64,000 nt of DNA from Candidatus Avidehalobacter gallistercoris. Lineage in GTDB: Bacteria > Bacillota > Dehalobacteriia > UBA4068 > UBA4997. Position 1 is the stretch's first letter. Every line of letters begins with the position of its first letter. Position numbers and translations under genes: made by a program. Location of the stretch: the NCBI GenBank assembly GCA_018715045.1, contig DVMH01000033.1:749-64748 (forward strand). The letters run 5' to 3'. The notes beneath the pieces are model-generated. The model ran no database searches. It was not told the origin of the DNA and saw nothing but the letters and a program-made list of their open reading frames with translations. This document shows, piece by piece, positions 49,057 to 57,875 of the stretch.

Positions 49057-49361
49057 TGCGCATCGCCCCGCCCGGTGTCGTCCAGCAGTATCATAGCGCT
49101 GTCACCCGCGCGTAAGGCGATCACCGCACCGCGGATAAGATAAGCCGATGGATCACCCGCCGGGCTTTGCCCTACGCACTTAACTACGGTTCCCCTCACC
49201 AAACCAAGGTCAAGCAGACGGCGGCGCAAGGCTCCTTCCACCAGTAAAGCGCCTATCCTGGCCGATTCACCAGGCTTTAGCCCTGCCAAATTGAAAGCTG
49301 CCTCAGGCGCTGCACCTGCTATACTCATGTCCAGACTTAATTCCGGGCTCATATTCAACAC
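49047..49361 (-). CDS. feoA: FeoA-family small SH3-like protein
   Basis: LAGLKPGESARI...GLVRGTVVKCV core. True start probably an internal Met (about 49328). Overlaps feoB by 10 nt. Confidence 0.7.
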   Translation of the reverse strand: MLNMSPELSLDMSIAGAAPEAAFNLAGLKPGESARIGALLVEGALRRRLLDLGLVRGTVVKCVGQSPAGDPSAYLIRGAVIALRAGDSAMILLDDTGRGDAQWA

Positions 49362-49431
49362 TCCTTACCCATAAATTTAGCTGACGCCAACTTTTTTACC
49401 CATTCCATAATATTCAGCAAAGCATAAGGCG

Positions 49432-49914
49432 GTGAGCAATTTGCGGGAAAATAAACAGAACAAGCCAGAAGACGATTTTTACACGCTGACGGGCTATCAA
49501 CAGAGGGAGCAGCCAGAGCTTACCCCGGCAATGGAAGATTATCTGGAAATGATATGCCGTCTGGCTGAGGAAAGCCCCGTAGTGCGGCGGCGGGAAATTG
49601 CCGGGCATTTGCACGTCAGTCCCGCCAGCGCCAGCAAAATGACACAGCAACTGAAAGAAGACGGTTACATCAATGCAGAGAGATATGGCTACGTCAGCCT
49701 GACGGATAAAGGACGGCTCGTGGGCCAATACCTGCTGTTTCGACATCAGGTGCTGCACCGTTTTCTCTGTGCGTTGAATGGAAGCAGCAATGAATTGGAA
49801 CAGGCCGAAAAGCTGGAACACTTTCTGAACCCCATTACCGTGGAGAACCTCTGGCAACTGACTAAACGCATGGAAGCCGGCGATCCGCTTGACAAAACAC
49901 CGGCCGAGTATTAA
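49432..49914 (+). CDS. DtxR/IdeR/MntR-family metal-dependent transcriptional regulator
   Basis: TPAMEDYLEMICRL...REIAGHLHVSPASASKMTQQLKEDGYI winged HTH plus a metal-binding/dimerisation region. Divergent from feoAB. Start may be later than 49432. Confidence 0.8.
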   Translation: MSNLRENKQNKPEDDFYTLTGYQQREQPELTPAMEDYLEMICRLAEESPVVRRREIAGHLHVSPASASKMTQQLKEDGYINAERYGYVSLTDKGRLVGQYLLFRHQVLHRFLCALNGSSNELEQAEKLEHFLNPITVENLWQLTKRMEAGDPLDKTPAEY

Positions 49915-49926
49915 ACTTGAGTTTAG

Positions 49927-49972
49927 ACAACGTACAAATAAATGAAGCGGCGCTAATTAAAGCCACCGCTTC
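49927..49972 (+). terminator. rho-independent terminator after the dtxR-family gene
   Basis: AAATAAATGAAGCGGcgctaattaaagccaCCGCTTCATTTATT. Confidence 0.55.
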
Positions 49973-50035
49973 ATTTATTAAGGAAAAAAGAGAAAAAATA
50001 GATAGATTCAAATTTATGATAAAGGACTGCATAGC

Positions 50036-50590
50036 ATGACCTACAACACCAAAAGCCAGCTGACCAAGCAGGCGTTGTGCGACGCGCTGAAAAAGCTGTT
50101 GACCAAGAAAACTATTGATCAAATCACCATCGGCGAGATAACCGCCGAAGCAGGCTTCAACCGCCAGACGTTTTATTATCACTTTCGCGACATTTATGAT
50201 TTGTTGACGTGGGTATTCAATCAAGAACTAAGAGTTATCCGCCCTTATTTGGACAAGCCTAACGTGAACTGGCAGGAAACGCTGAGGCAATCGATAATCT
50301 ACCTAAGCCACAACAAATATCTGTGCAGCTGCGTTATTCACGGCGTTGGACGCGAACAACTGATGTTTACTCTGCATGACAGCATTTATGATCTGATTAA
50401 ATACGTTATTATACACGAAAACGATATCCGCCCCATACCGCCCAAACATCTGGATTTCACCGTGGAATTCTACACTCACGCAATCAGCCACAGCCTCTAT
50501 AACTGGATATCAGACGGTATGCGTGAAACACCGGAAGAACTGCTTGAACACCTTAGCTTTGTTATCAGCAGGGCCACACAACAGGATTAA
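50036..50590 (+). CDS. TetR/AcrR-family transcriptional regulator
   Basis: N-terminal TetR HTH (ITIGEITAEAGFNRQTFYYHFRDIYDL); 184 aa. Confidence 0.7.
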   Translation: MTYNTKSQLTKQALCDALKKLLTKKTIDQITIGEITAEAGFNRQTFYYHFRDIYDLLTWVFNQELRVIRPYLDKPNVNWQETLRQSIIYLSHNKYLCSCVIHGVGREQLMFTLHDSIYDLIKYVIIHENDIRPIPPKHLDFTVEFYTHAISHSLYNWISDGMRETPEELLEHLSFVISRATQQD

Positions 50591-51732
50591 GCTTCCGCCA
50601 TACGCCGCAGTTTCCTTACTTTCCACGCATAGGCAATTATGCCCGCTGGCAGCCAGAACGCCGCAAATTTTAAGCAGCCCGCCGCATACGTCAGAACCTG
50701 CTCAATCCCACAGCCTTTCAAAATGATATCGCGCATGGGGTTGGCGTAATAATACAGCGGCCAGATGTGCGTGATGACCACGCGGAAAGGCTCCGGCATC
50801 AGATAAACCGGCCAGGCGTAACCACAGCTTAACAGCGTGGGGATCGTCAGAAACATATTGAACTGCGTGCAATGCACCGGATCGTCAAAAATGCTGGTGA
50901 TCACCAGCGCCATACCCGTCATCGCCAATACAAGCGGCAGATGCACAAGCAATATCAGCCACATGTTCCCCTTAAACTGGTAATCGAATACACCGGCTAA
51001 GGTCAGCGACCACAACATCAGACCGATCACCGTACACACAAGGAAAATGCCAAGCTGCCCCGCCATACGGCCAAAGCTTTTCGCAGATAGCGGCTTTTGC
51101 GCCAATTCCGCCTTGGTTTCGATCAGATAAGGCGACACTCCGGCCAGCCAGCTCTGCTGCACAAAAATAGCCAGCAGCGCCGGGAATAGAAAATAAATGT
51201 AGCCATAGGTGGGATTATACATACCACGATCCACTACGCTTAAGGTGGTCACGTTATCCATCGCCTCAGATGGTTTTTGTCCTCCCGCCTCCAGAAGCTG
51301 CAAACGCAGAGCCGCATTCAATGTGCCACTGACAGTGCTGGTTGCCGTCATCACGGAGGTCATATTCATGAAGTTGCAGGAATCCAGCATCACCAGCAGA
51401 TCGGCGCCGCGTTTGGCGTGCAGATCGGCGCCAAACCCCTCCGGGATAATGATTGCGCCAATAATATTACCGTAGAGGAACTGCTGCTCAACCTCGTCCA
51501 GCGAAACAGCCGTCTCCCGCATGTCCAGATAGGGATAACGTTCCAACTGCTCCACCACCTGGCGCGAAGCAGGCGACGCGTCCATATCGTACAGCATAAC
51601 CGGCAGGTTGGTATTATAAACCGGGCTCATCGCACCGCCGAACAGCAGAACGAACAGCAGCGGCACCACCGTCAGCACCAGATACGGCTTCACTCGCATA
51701 AACAGATTGCAAAGCTTATTGATTATACTCAT
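50587..51732 (-). CDS. ABC-2-type transporter permease (YbhR/YbhS-like)
   Basis: N-terminal TM, large extracytoplasmic loop, 5 C-terminal TMs. No NBD. Confidence 0.7.
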   Translation of the reverse strand: MSIINKLCNLFMRVKPYLVLTVVPLLFVLLFGGAMSPVYNTNLPVMLYDMDASPASRQVVEQLERYPYLDMRETAVSLDEVEQQFLYGNIIGAIIIPEGFGADLHAKRGADLLVMLDSCNFMNMTSVMTATSTVSGTLNAALRLQLLEAGGQKPSEAMDNVTTLSVVDRGMYNPTYGYIYFLFPALLAIFVQQSWLAGVSPYLIETKAELAQKPLSAKSFGRMAGQLGIFLVCTVIGLMLWSLTLAGVFDYQFKGNMWLILLVHLPLVLAMTGMALVITSIFDDPVHCTQFNMFLTIPTLLSCGYAWPVYLMPEPFRVVITHIWPLYYYANPMRDIILKGCGIEQVLTYAAGCLKFAAFWLPAGIIAYAWKVRKLRRMAEA

Positions 51733-52856
51733 GCCGCTGCCTCCTCTGCCGACGACCGCTGCCATTTCCGCTTAATCAACAGCAGTGCGCCTAAAAGAGC
51801 CAACAACCCTGCCGCCATCAGCAGCAAAATGCTTAAATGCGGCAGCACATGCCTAAACTGCATTGGCTTCAGGCAAAGCGCCCGCAAATCGGCGCCCATG
51901 TATGTGTATGGCAACAGTTTGGCCAACATTTGGAAACCATGCGGCATAGCAGTCAGCGGATAAGAATAACCGCCCAACACACTGGTGGGCAACACCAGCA
52001 GTGACGCCAGCTGCACCGCAAACAGCTTATCAGGGATCAGCAGACCCATAATGTAGCCCATAGCAGTGATGACAAGGGAATACGCGAATAGCAGCAGCAT
52101 ACCACCCGCCAACGTGCCGCGGAAAGGCAAACCAAACGCAAACTGCACGCCCAGGCACACCATAACGCCCAGCATCCCCAACAGCCCCCACAACAGCAAA
52201 TTCAGCAAATGTACGCTGAATTTGCGTTCTTTTTTGTTTTCGAAGCCGCGCTCCGCCCCCAGCATAACGATACCGACCTGCAAAACTGCCAGCAGCATAC
52301 CGGGCAGCAGATAATAGCGGAAGCTTTTAACGGGGTTATATAAATTACGGTAAACAATATTCACCGGAAGAATATTGCCGGCAAGCTCCGCCGGCATTAC
52401 CCCAAGTTTCCCCGCGAAAATCTGCTGCAAATACGCGCCATTCATCGTCATCATGATTTCCGTCATGGCAGGTTTAGCCACCGAAAGCGTCACCAGCTGC
52501 GACGCGTCGTACAAAATCAGCATATCTGGCGAATTGCCGTTCTTCATGTTTTTGGCAAAATCCTGCGGTATGATAACCCCGGCCATTGCCTGGCCGCTTT
52601 GGATAAGCTGCTCTGCCTCTCTAGCGCTCTCAGCGCGTGTTATGACAGCAAAAGTGGCCGCTTTATCAACCTGCGAGATGAACTCGCGCGAGAACTCGGA
52701 ATTATCCGCGTCCACCACCACCGTAGGTATCTCAGCTGGCGTGTCGCCATGCATTTCATAACCCAACGCCAGCCCCATAACCAGAGGAACCGCCACATAG
52801 AGCAACAGAACCATCACCAGCTGCGGATGCTGCCGCTTGAAATGGTAAAAGTCCAT
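51729..52856 (-). CDS. ABC-2-type transporter permease (YbhS/YbhR-like)
   Basis: Same architecture as its paralogous downstream neighbour. No NBD. Confidence 0.7.
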   Translation of the reverse strand: MDFYHFKRQHPQLVMVLLLYVAVPLVMGLALGYEMHGDTPAEIPTVVVDADNSEFSREFISQVDKAATFAVITRAESAREAEQLIQSGQAMAGVIIPQDFAKNMKNGNSPDMLILYDASQLVTLSVAKPAMTEIMMTMNGAYLQQIFAGKLGVMPAELAGNILPVNIVYRNLYNPVKSFRYYLLPGMLLAVLQVGIVMLGAERGFENKKERKFSVHLLNLLLWGLLGMLGVMVCLGVQFAFGLPFRGTLAGGMLLLFAYSLVITAMGYIMGLLIPDKLFAVQLASLLVLPTSVLGGYSYPLTAMPHGFQMLAKLLPYTYMGADLRALCLKPMQFRHVLPHLSILLLMAAGLLALLGALLLIKRKWQRSSAEEAAA

Positions 52857-53944
52857 TATTGCTCATCTCCGGCGTTGAAATTCACCAGCACTGTCATACC
52901 GGCGTAAAGCTGCTCCTCCATATCATCCGGCTGGATTTTCACGCAATAGGAAAGCACATCGAACGCGCCATTCTCATTGGTGGCTTTCTTAGTGGCAAAA
53001 TCCGGGTTTTTGTTCACGTTGCTCACATAGCCGCGGAACGTCTGCCCCTCGTAGGCAGGCAGCGTGAACTCCACGTTCTGCCCCTCGCTTATCACGCCCA
53101 ACATCGTCTCCGGCACATTGACCTCCAACCATGCCGCGTCGTCTGCGCGAAGACTGGCCAGCGCCATGCCGGTGGAGACCAATTCGCCAGCCTCCACATT
53201 CACTGCCGTCATCGTGCCGTCAGAAGGAGCTTTGATCTCGGTGTGCTCCAGATAAGAGCTGGCCTCGGCCACTGCCGCTTCGGCCTGCTTAATTGCCGCC
53301 TGATACTGTTCTACCGCGCCGTTAGCCTGCTGTAACTGTGCCGCTGCCGCATCGATATCCTCGCCACGCGCTCCGGCGAGAGCTTCATTATAAACCGCCT
53401 CGGCTGCCAGATACTTCGCCTCCACCTCGTCAAACGTGTTCTGAGAGATAGCTCCGTCGGCCAGCAGATTCTTCATACGAGCATAGCTTTTGGCTGCATA
53501 ATCATACTGCGCCTTGGCCTGCGTCACATCCTCAGAACGTGCACCGTTTTTAGCCTTGTTCAGCACAGCCTGCGCTGCAGAACGTGCAGCTTCAGCCTGC
53601 GCCAAACCGGCCTTGGCCTGACCAAGAGCCGCCTCAGCCTCCCAAACCTTGGCCTGCACTATATCGGCCTCCAGCCGCAGCAACACCTGATCTTTAACAA
53701 CGTGGTCGCCCTCCGACACCAATACCTCGTCTATGTAACCGTCCAGCATGGAATTCAAATCAATTTCCGTCATTTTAACGCTGCCCTGCACCAGCCCCGT
53801 ATCAGTCTCGCCGGAAACACGACCAGCATTGAACAAACCAAACAGCAGAGCCGCTGCCACAAGCACCAGCGCCACAGCGACAATACGCTTGACCAGCGCC
53901 TTGCTTTCTGTGCTTTCCTGCACCAAAATATCCTTTTCCACCAA
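52856..53944 (-). CDS. HlyD-family membrane fusion protein (periplasmic adaptor subunit)
   Basis: N-terminal TM, biotinyl/lipoyl-like hairpin, long Ala/Gln-rich coiled coil, beta-barrel domain. Confidence 0.75.
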   Translation of the reverse strand: MVEKDILVQESTESKALVKRIVAVALVLVAAALLFGLFNAGRVSGETDTGLVQGSVKMTEIDLNSMLDGYIDEVLVSEGDHVVKDQVLLRLEADIVQAKVWEAEAALGQAKAGLAQAEAARSAAQAVLNKAKNGARSEDVTQAKAQYDYAAKSYARMKNLLADGAISQNTFDEVEAKYLAAEAVYNEALAGARGEDIDAAAAQLQQANGAVEQYQAAIKQAEAAVAEASSYLEHTEIKAPSDGTMTAVNVEAGELVSTGMALASLRADDAAWLEVNVPETMLGVISEGQNVEFTLPAYEGQTFRGYVSNVNKNPDFATKKATNENGAFDVLSYCVKIQPDDMEEQLYAGMTVLVNFNAGDEQ

Positions 53945-54076
53945 AAATCACTCCTTAGCCCGTGGCCAATTCTCTTTTTCTTCCTATATTTACATTATAG
54001 CGGGTTTGTGAGTTTTGCCAATCTACAAACTTTTACAGCTGTATATATTTTTGACACTTTCGTTATTTTGTCTAAT

Positions 54077-54108
54077 AAAAAAGACCGCTCCGAAAGAACG
54101 GTCTTTGT
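54077..54108. terminator. bidirectional terminator (downstream of tRNA-Leu on the minus strand)
   Basis: AAAAAGACCGctccgaaagaaCGGTCTTTgtatt. Confidence 0.5.
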
Positions 54109-54112
54109 ATTA

Positions 54113-54199
54113 TGGTGCGAGAGACGGTACTTGAACCCGTACAGGAAATTTCCCACTACCCCCTCAAAGTAGCGCGTCTGCCGATTCCGCCACTCTCGC
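54113..54199 (-). tRNA. probable tRNA-Leu (anticodon GAG), class II with a long variable arm
   Basis: An 87-nt cloverleaf folds by hand: acceptor GCGAGAG/CUCUCGC, 3-bp D stem with GG in the D loop, anticodon stem CUACU/GGUAG with loop UUGAGGG, variable hairpin GGAAAUUUCC, T loop UUCAAGU, encoded CCA. The T-stem loop-closing pair is G:A rather than G:C, so it may be slightly degenerate. A TTGCAT-17-TATAAT promoter lies upstream at about 54210-54240. Confidence 0.6.
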
Positions 54200-54543
54200 A
54201 AGGCTTATAATATTATACCAGCTAAGCGAGCAAAATGCAAGCAAATTTTTGCCCAGACAACCTAATAAAACACCAAAAGCGCGCAAGTTCTGACCTGAGC
54301 GCTTTTATTTTACGCCCAATTTCCTTTTGCGTTCCCGGAGCAGGGCCAGTTTGACCGAGTGCAGATTTATTCATTAGGGCTATAAAGGCATTTTCGCCAC
54401 CGTTTCAGCTTACGAGTCCTCTCTTATGCTGTATTATTACTGGCTATGTCTCTCTGCCGATATAAAAGGACAGGCGATTATCAGCCGTTCCTTATGGATG
54501 GTTTATTGTGTTTTTATTGTGTGCAGCTCGATAATTCTTTTAC

Positions 54544-54783
54544 TTATTCTTTTATCTTTTTAGTATCTTCAAGATAGAATTCAAGATATCCGCAGTCAGG
54601 ACATACAGCAACATGAACCTTGCCAAGATTATCTTTGAAAATTCCCTGTTTTGTTATCTTTAGGCCATATGCACCGCCCTCGACCTTTACATCATAATTT
54701 TCGATCATATCGCACTTACAGCGAATACACATTCTCATATCTATTGCTCCACATTCTTGTTTGTTGTTTTCCAAGAAAAGCAT
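54544..54783 (-). CDS. small zinc-ribbon protein, hypothetical (AT-rich islet)
   Basis: Two CxxC pairs (CIRCKC...CPDCG) in 64-79 aa; GC about 35%. Confidence 0.4.
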   Translation of the reverse strand: MLFLENNKQECGAIDMRMCIRCKCDMIENYDVKVEGGAYGLKITKQGIFKDNLGKVHVAVCPDCGYLEFYLEDTKKIKE

Positions 54784-54951
54784 AACACATAACTATGAAC
54801 AAATCTACATCATTTCAACCTGTCAGCCACTATGATACGATATCTTTGACCTTCTTGCCAGTGTATGACCAATAACAAATACCAATATCAGGACGATTTA
54901 TAGTTTATGACCGGGAACACAAGATCGAATTGGAACTTATTTAAATTGAAA

Positions 54952-55998
54952 TTACTTCATTCTTTGCAGGACATTACTGAATGTCTCGCCTGGTATACGT
55001 CCACGTTTGGCAACTGGCTTACCGTCCACCTCTTTCAAATCCATCGTCATGTCGATGGCCGGAGCGCCAGAAATATAACTCCCAACACCAAAAGCATCCG
55101 CACCCGCCTCCGAAAGCTCCCGCACACGGTCAGGCGTCAAGCCTCCGGTAGCAAAAATCTTAACATGCTGATAGCCTGCCATGTCCAGCCGCTGCCTAAG
55201 CTCGCTGATCAGTCCGGCAGTAACGCCGCCACGTTCCGCCGGAGTATCCAGCCGCACACCGGCCAACTTATCGCCCATGGCCTCCGCCACCCGCAGCGCC
55301 TCTTCAATCTCGTCCTTAAATGTATCAATCAAAATCGTCCGCGCCGCACCCTCAGGCATATATTTGTCATAGGCCAGCGCCGCCTCCACGGTATCTCCCA
55401 CTGTCAGGAACAGCGCGTGCGGCGTGGTTCCGGCAGGATATTGACCCAGCAGTTTTGCGCCCAGCACGCAGCTGCAAGAATCGCATCCGCCCAGCACAGC
55501 AGCACGCTCCATAACGGGAGCCACCGACGGATGGATATGCCGCGCGCCAAAGCAGCCCACAGGCTTGTCCGGGCAGGCAGCCTTGATTTCCCGAGCAGCC
55601 GTCGCCCAACCGCTGGCACTGGCCAGCATACCCAGAATGGCCGTTTCGTACACGCCGAAATCGGCATAACGCCCCTTGATACGGCAAAGCACCTGCTTCG
55701 GCACAATTTCGCTGCCCTCTGGCTGCGCCCAAACATCTACCGGCGCGTCCTGCAACAGCCCTAAAACCTCCTCAATACCGACGAACACACCGGGTTTGCG
55801 CGCAAAAATTTCCGCTGTCACTACACAGTCACCCTTGTTCATGCGACGCAGAATTTCCTGCGTTTTGATAAAGTAAATATCGCTGGTCGCTCCGGCGATT
55901 ATCTCATCATGTGTAGCAGAGTGAATACGACGTTCCTCACCCACTGTCAGCTCATCCACTTCAGACAAAGAGTCTATCAGTTTGATTTTTTCCGGCAT
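54952..55998 (-). CDS. nicotinate phosphoribosyltransferase (short NAPRTase/QPRTase-fold family)
   Basis: 348 aa, type II PRTase TIM-barrel signature blocks (GTSDIYF, CFGARHIHPSV, GVRLDTP, GGL). Confidence 0.75.
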   Translation of the reverse strand: MPEKIKLIDSLSEVDELTVGEERRIHSATHDEIIAGATSDIYFIKTQEILRRMNKGDCVVTAEIFARKPGVFVGIEEVLGLLQDAPVDVWAQPEGSEIVPKQVLCRIKGRYADFGVYETAILGMLASASGWATAAREIKAACPDKPVGCFGARHIHPSVAPVMERAAVLGGCDSCSCVLGAKLLGQYPAGTTPHALFLTVGDTVEAALAYDKYMPEGAARTILIDTFKDEIEEALRVAEAMGDKLAGVRLDTPAERGGVTAGLISELRQRLDMAGYQHVKIFATGGLTPDRVRELSEAGADAFGVGSYISGAPAIDMTMDLKEVDGKPVAKRGRIPGETFSNVLQRMK

Positions 55999-56013
55999 GA
56001 TTATCCCCTCATT

Positions 56014-56586
56014 CTAATATAGTTTGTGATACTCATTATAAACCGCCAGCACACGGCGCACATAATCGCGCGTTTCATCAAACGGTATCTGCCTGGCGTT
56101 TGCCTCCGTGCCATCCCATACTCCATCCGAAAGCCAGGCCGAAACCTTGGTCTGCCCCGCGTTATATGACGCCACGGCCAGGCAAACGTTCCAATCCCAA
56201 TACTCCAACAGATAACGCAGATATTGACAGCCCTGCCGCACGTTGTACTCCGGATCAGTCAGCATATCCTCCGTAAATTCATAGCCGCCCTTTTCCGCCA
56301 GCCATGCCCCAGTATCCGGCATCAGCTGCATAATACCAACAGCACCCGCGGACGATATGGCTTCCGCCTGAAAATTACTCTCCACTTTAGCCACGGCCAG
56401 CGCCAGATATGGGTCAATCCCCGCGTTGGCGGCAGCGATCTCAATTTCGTCAAAATACTCCGTGGGATACAGCCAATACGGCAGCCAGCGCTGCCAAATC
56501 AGCACCAGCAATATGATAAGCAGCGCCGCGGGCAGCAGCAGCCTGAGGTTCAGGCGGCGGCGTCTGCGTGTTGTTTTCTGTATCAT
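56014..56586 (-). CDS. membrane-anchored lytic transglycosylase (SLT domain)
   Basis: N-terminal TM. SLT catalytic region ES (VAKVESNFQAEAISSAGAVGIMQLMPDTG) and AYNAG. Confidence 0.75.
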   Translation of the reverse strand: MIQKTTRRRRRLNLRLLLPAALLIILLVLIWQRWLPYWLYPTEYFDEIEIAAANAGIDPYLALAVAKVESNFQAEAISSAGAVGIMQLMPDTGAWLAEKGGYEFTEDMLTDPEYNVRQGCQYLRYLLEYWDWNVCLAVASYNAGQTKVSAWLSDGVWDGTEANARQIPFDETRDYVRRVLAVYNEYHKLY

Positions 56587-56589
56587 GCT

Positions 56590-57189
56590 TTACCGGCAAA
56601 AATCCTGCCAGACGTCCTCCAGTTCTCTTTTCAAGTCTTTTATACTACCATTATTATGCAGAATGTAGCGCGCATATTTAGCCTTTTCAGCCTGCGGCAT
56701 TTGGTTATCCATACGCGCCTGAGCCTGAGCCGCCGAGATCCCATCCCGCGCCATCACACGTTTCAGGCGCACCGCGTCGTCAGCCCACACCAGCCAAAGC
56801 TGGTCTAAAATGTCCAGGTAATTCGCCTCAATCAGCAGAGCCGCCTCCACTACCACGATTTGCTCCATGTCGCGCGCCGCAATTTCGCTGATCGCCCGTT
56901 TCAGACGCAGCAGCACTGCCGGGTGAATGATACTATTGAGCATGGCAAGCTTGTCCTTGTTGTGGAAAACAAGCTCCGCCATTTTAGGGCGGTTTAGCTG
57001 ACCATCCGGCATAAAATATGCCGAACCGAAAGCCTTCTGCAACTTCGGATACGCCTCACCCTCCGGTTGAGCCACCAGACGGCCGAACTCGTCCGCATTC
57101 AGGCACAGACAGCCTTTTTCCTCGTTCAGCAGGCGGCCAACTGTCGTTTTGCCGCTGCCAATATTGCCCGTCAACCCGATAACTGTCAT
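56590..57189 (-). CDS. coaE: dephospho-CoA kinase
   Basis: P-loop VIGLTGNIGSGKTTV; 199 aa. Confidence 0.85.
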   Translation of the reverse strand: MTVIGLTGNIGSGKTTVGRLLNEEKGCLCLNADEFGRLVAQPEGEAYPKLQKAFGSAYFMPDGQLNRPKMAELVFHNKDKLAMLNSIIHPAVLLRLKRAISEIAARDMEQIVVVEAALLIEANYLDILDQLWLVWADDAVRLKRVMARDGISAAQAQARMDNQMPQAEKAKYARYILHNNGSIKDLKRELEDVWQDFCR

Positions 57190-57282
57190 ACCGCCGCCCC
57201 CGTGTTGTTATAGTATCGTCTATTATTATACATGATATTTCCGGCAAAAACAATCTTTCAGGGCAAGTATACAAAAATTAGT

Positions 57283-57816
57283 TTAACCACGCTTCAGCTC
57301 CCGCACCAGCAGCCGTCCCAGCATGTTCGCCCCAGCAAGCAGCGCAAACGTCACCGCCGCGGCCATGCCCGCCCAAAGGGCCGGCTTTTCACCAAGCAGG
57401 CCGAACGCCAGACCACCAGAGATATTATCCAGCGCCAGTGCCAGCGAAAGCAAAAATGCCTCCATCGCAGAAAGCGTTTTATCAGCATTACTGTCCAGCT
57501 TTTCTGGCCGTCGCCATAAGCCAGATATGCCGTTGCCGCCCTTTTTACCGCAAAAGCTGACTATCCAGCCCAGCGTCAGCAACAGCAACAGCACCAGCCC
57601 CAGGCTATGCAGAAATTCCACCGGCAGCCATGCCAGCAACTGCTCGCCAAGCGCCATGGTCGTGCCGAAACAAAACGCCGAACAGCCCGCCACCAAGAGA
57701 CTTGCCCTCATGCTTATCCGAATACCCGACACTCCCAGCGCCAACCCGGATACAAAGCAATCGAAATTCAACGCCAATAAAAAACAAAAAAGCTCCCGCA
57801 TAAACCCACCCCACAC
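57283..57816 (-). CDS. ytaF: YtaF/MntP-family membrane protein (sporulation protein YtaF-like)
   Basis: 6-TM protein with duplicated halves. Position between coaE and mutM matches the Bacillus polA-mutM-ytaF-coaE arrangement. Confidence 0.7.
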   Translation of the reverse strand: MWGGFMRELFCFLLALNFDCFVSGLALGVSGIRISMRASLLVAGCSAFCFGTTMALGEQLLAWLPVEFLHSLGLVLLLLLTLGWIVSFCGKKGGNGISGLWRRPEKLDSNADKTLSAMEAFLLSLALALDNISGGLAFGLLGEKPALWAGMAAAVTFALLAGANMLGRLLVRELKRG

Positions 57817-57875
57817 AAAATTGACATTGCGTCTATTTTGTTATATGAGATGGGTCAGGCCGAAGCGATTATTTT

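Noticed and set aside
54300-54540. ORF-free 240 bp that could be an sRNA or riboswitch
   Set aside because: No recognisable conserved RNA motif (SRP, 6S, tmRNA, T-box). It lies 3' of both flanking genes. It is left as part of the AT-rich islet finding rather than called as a feature.
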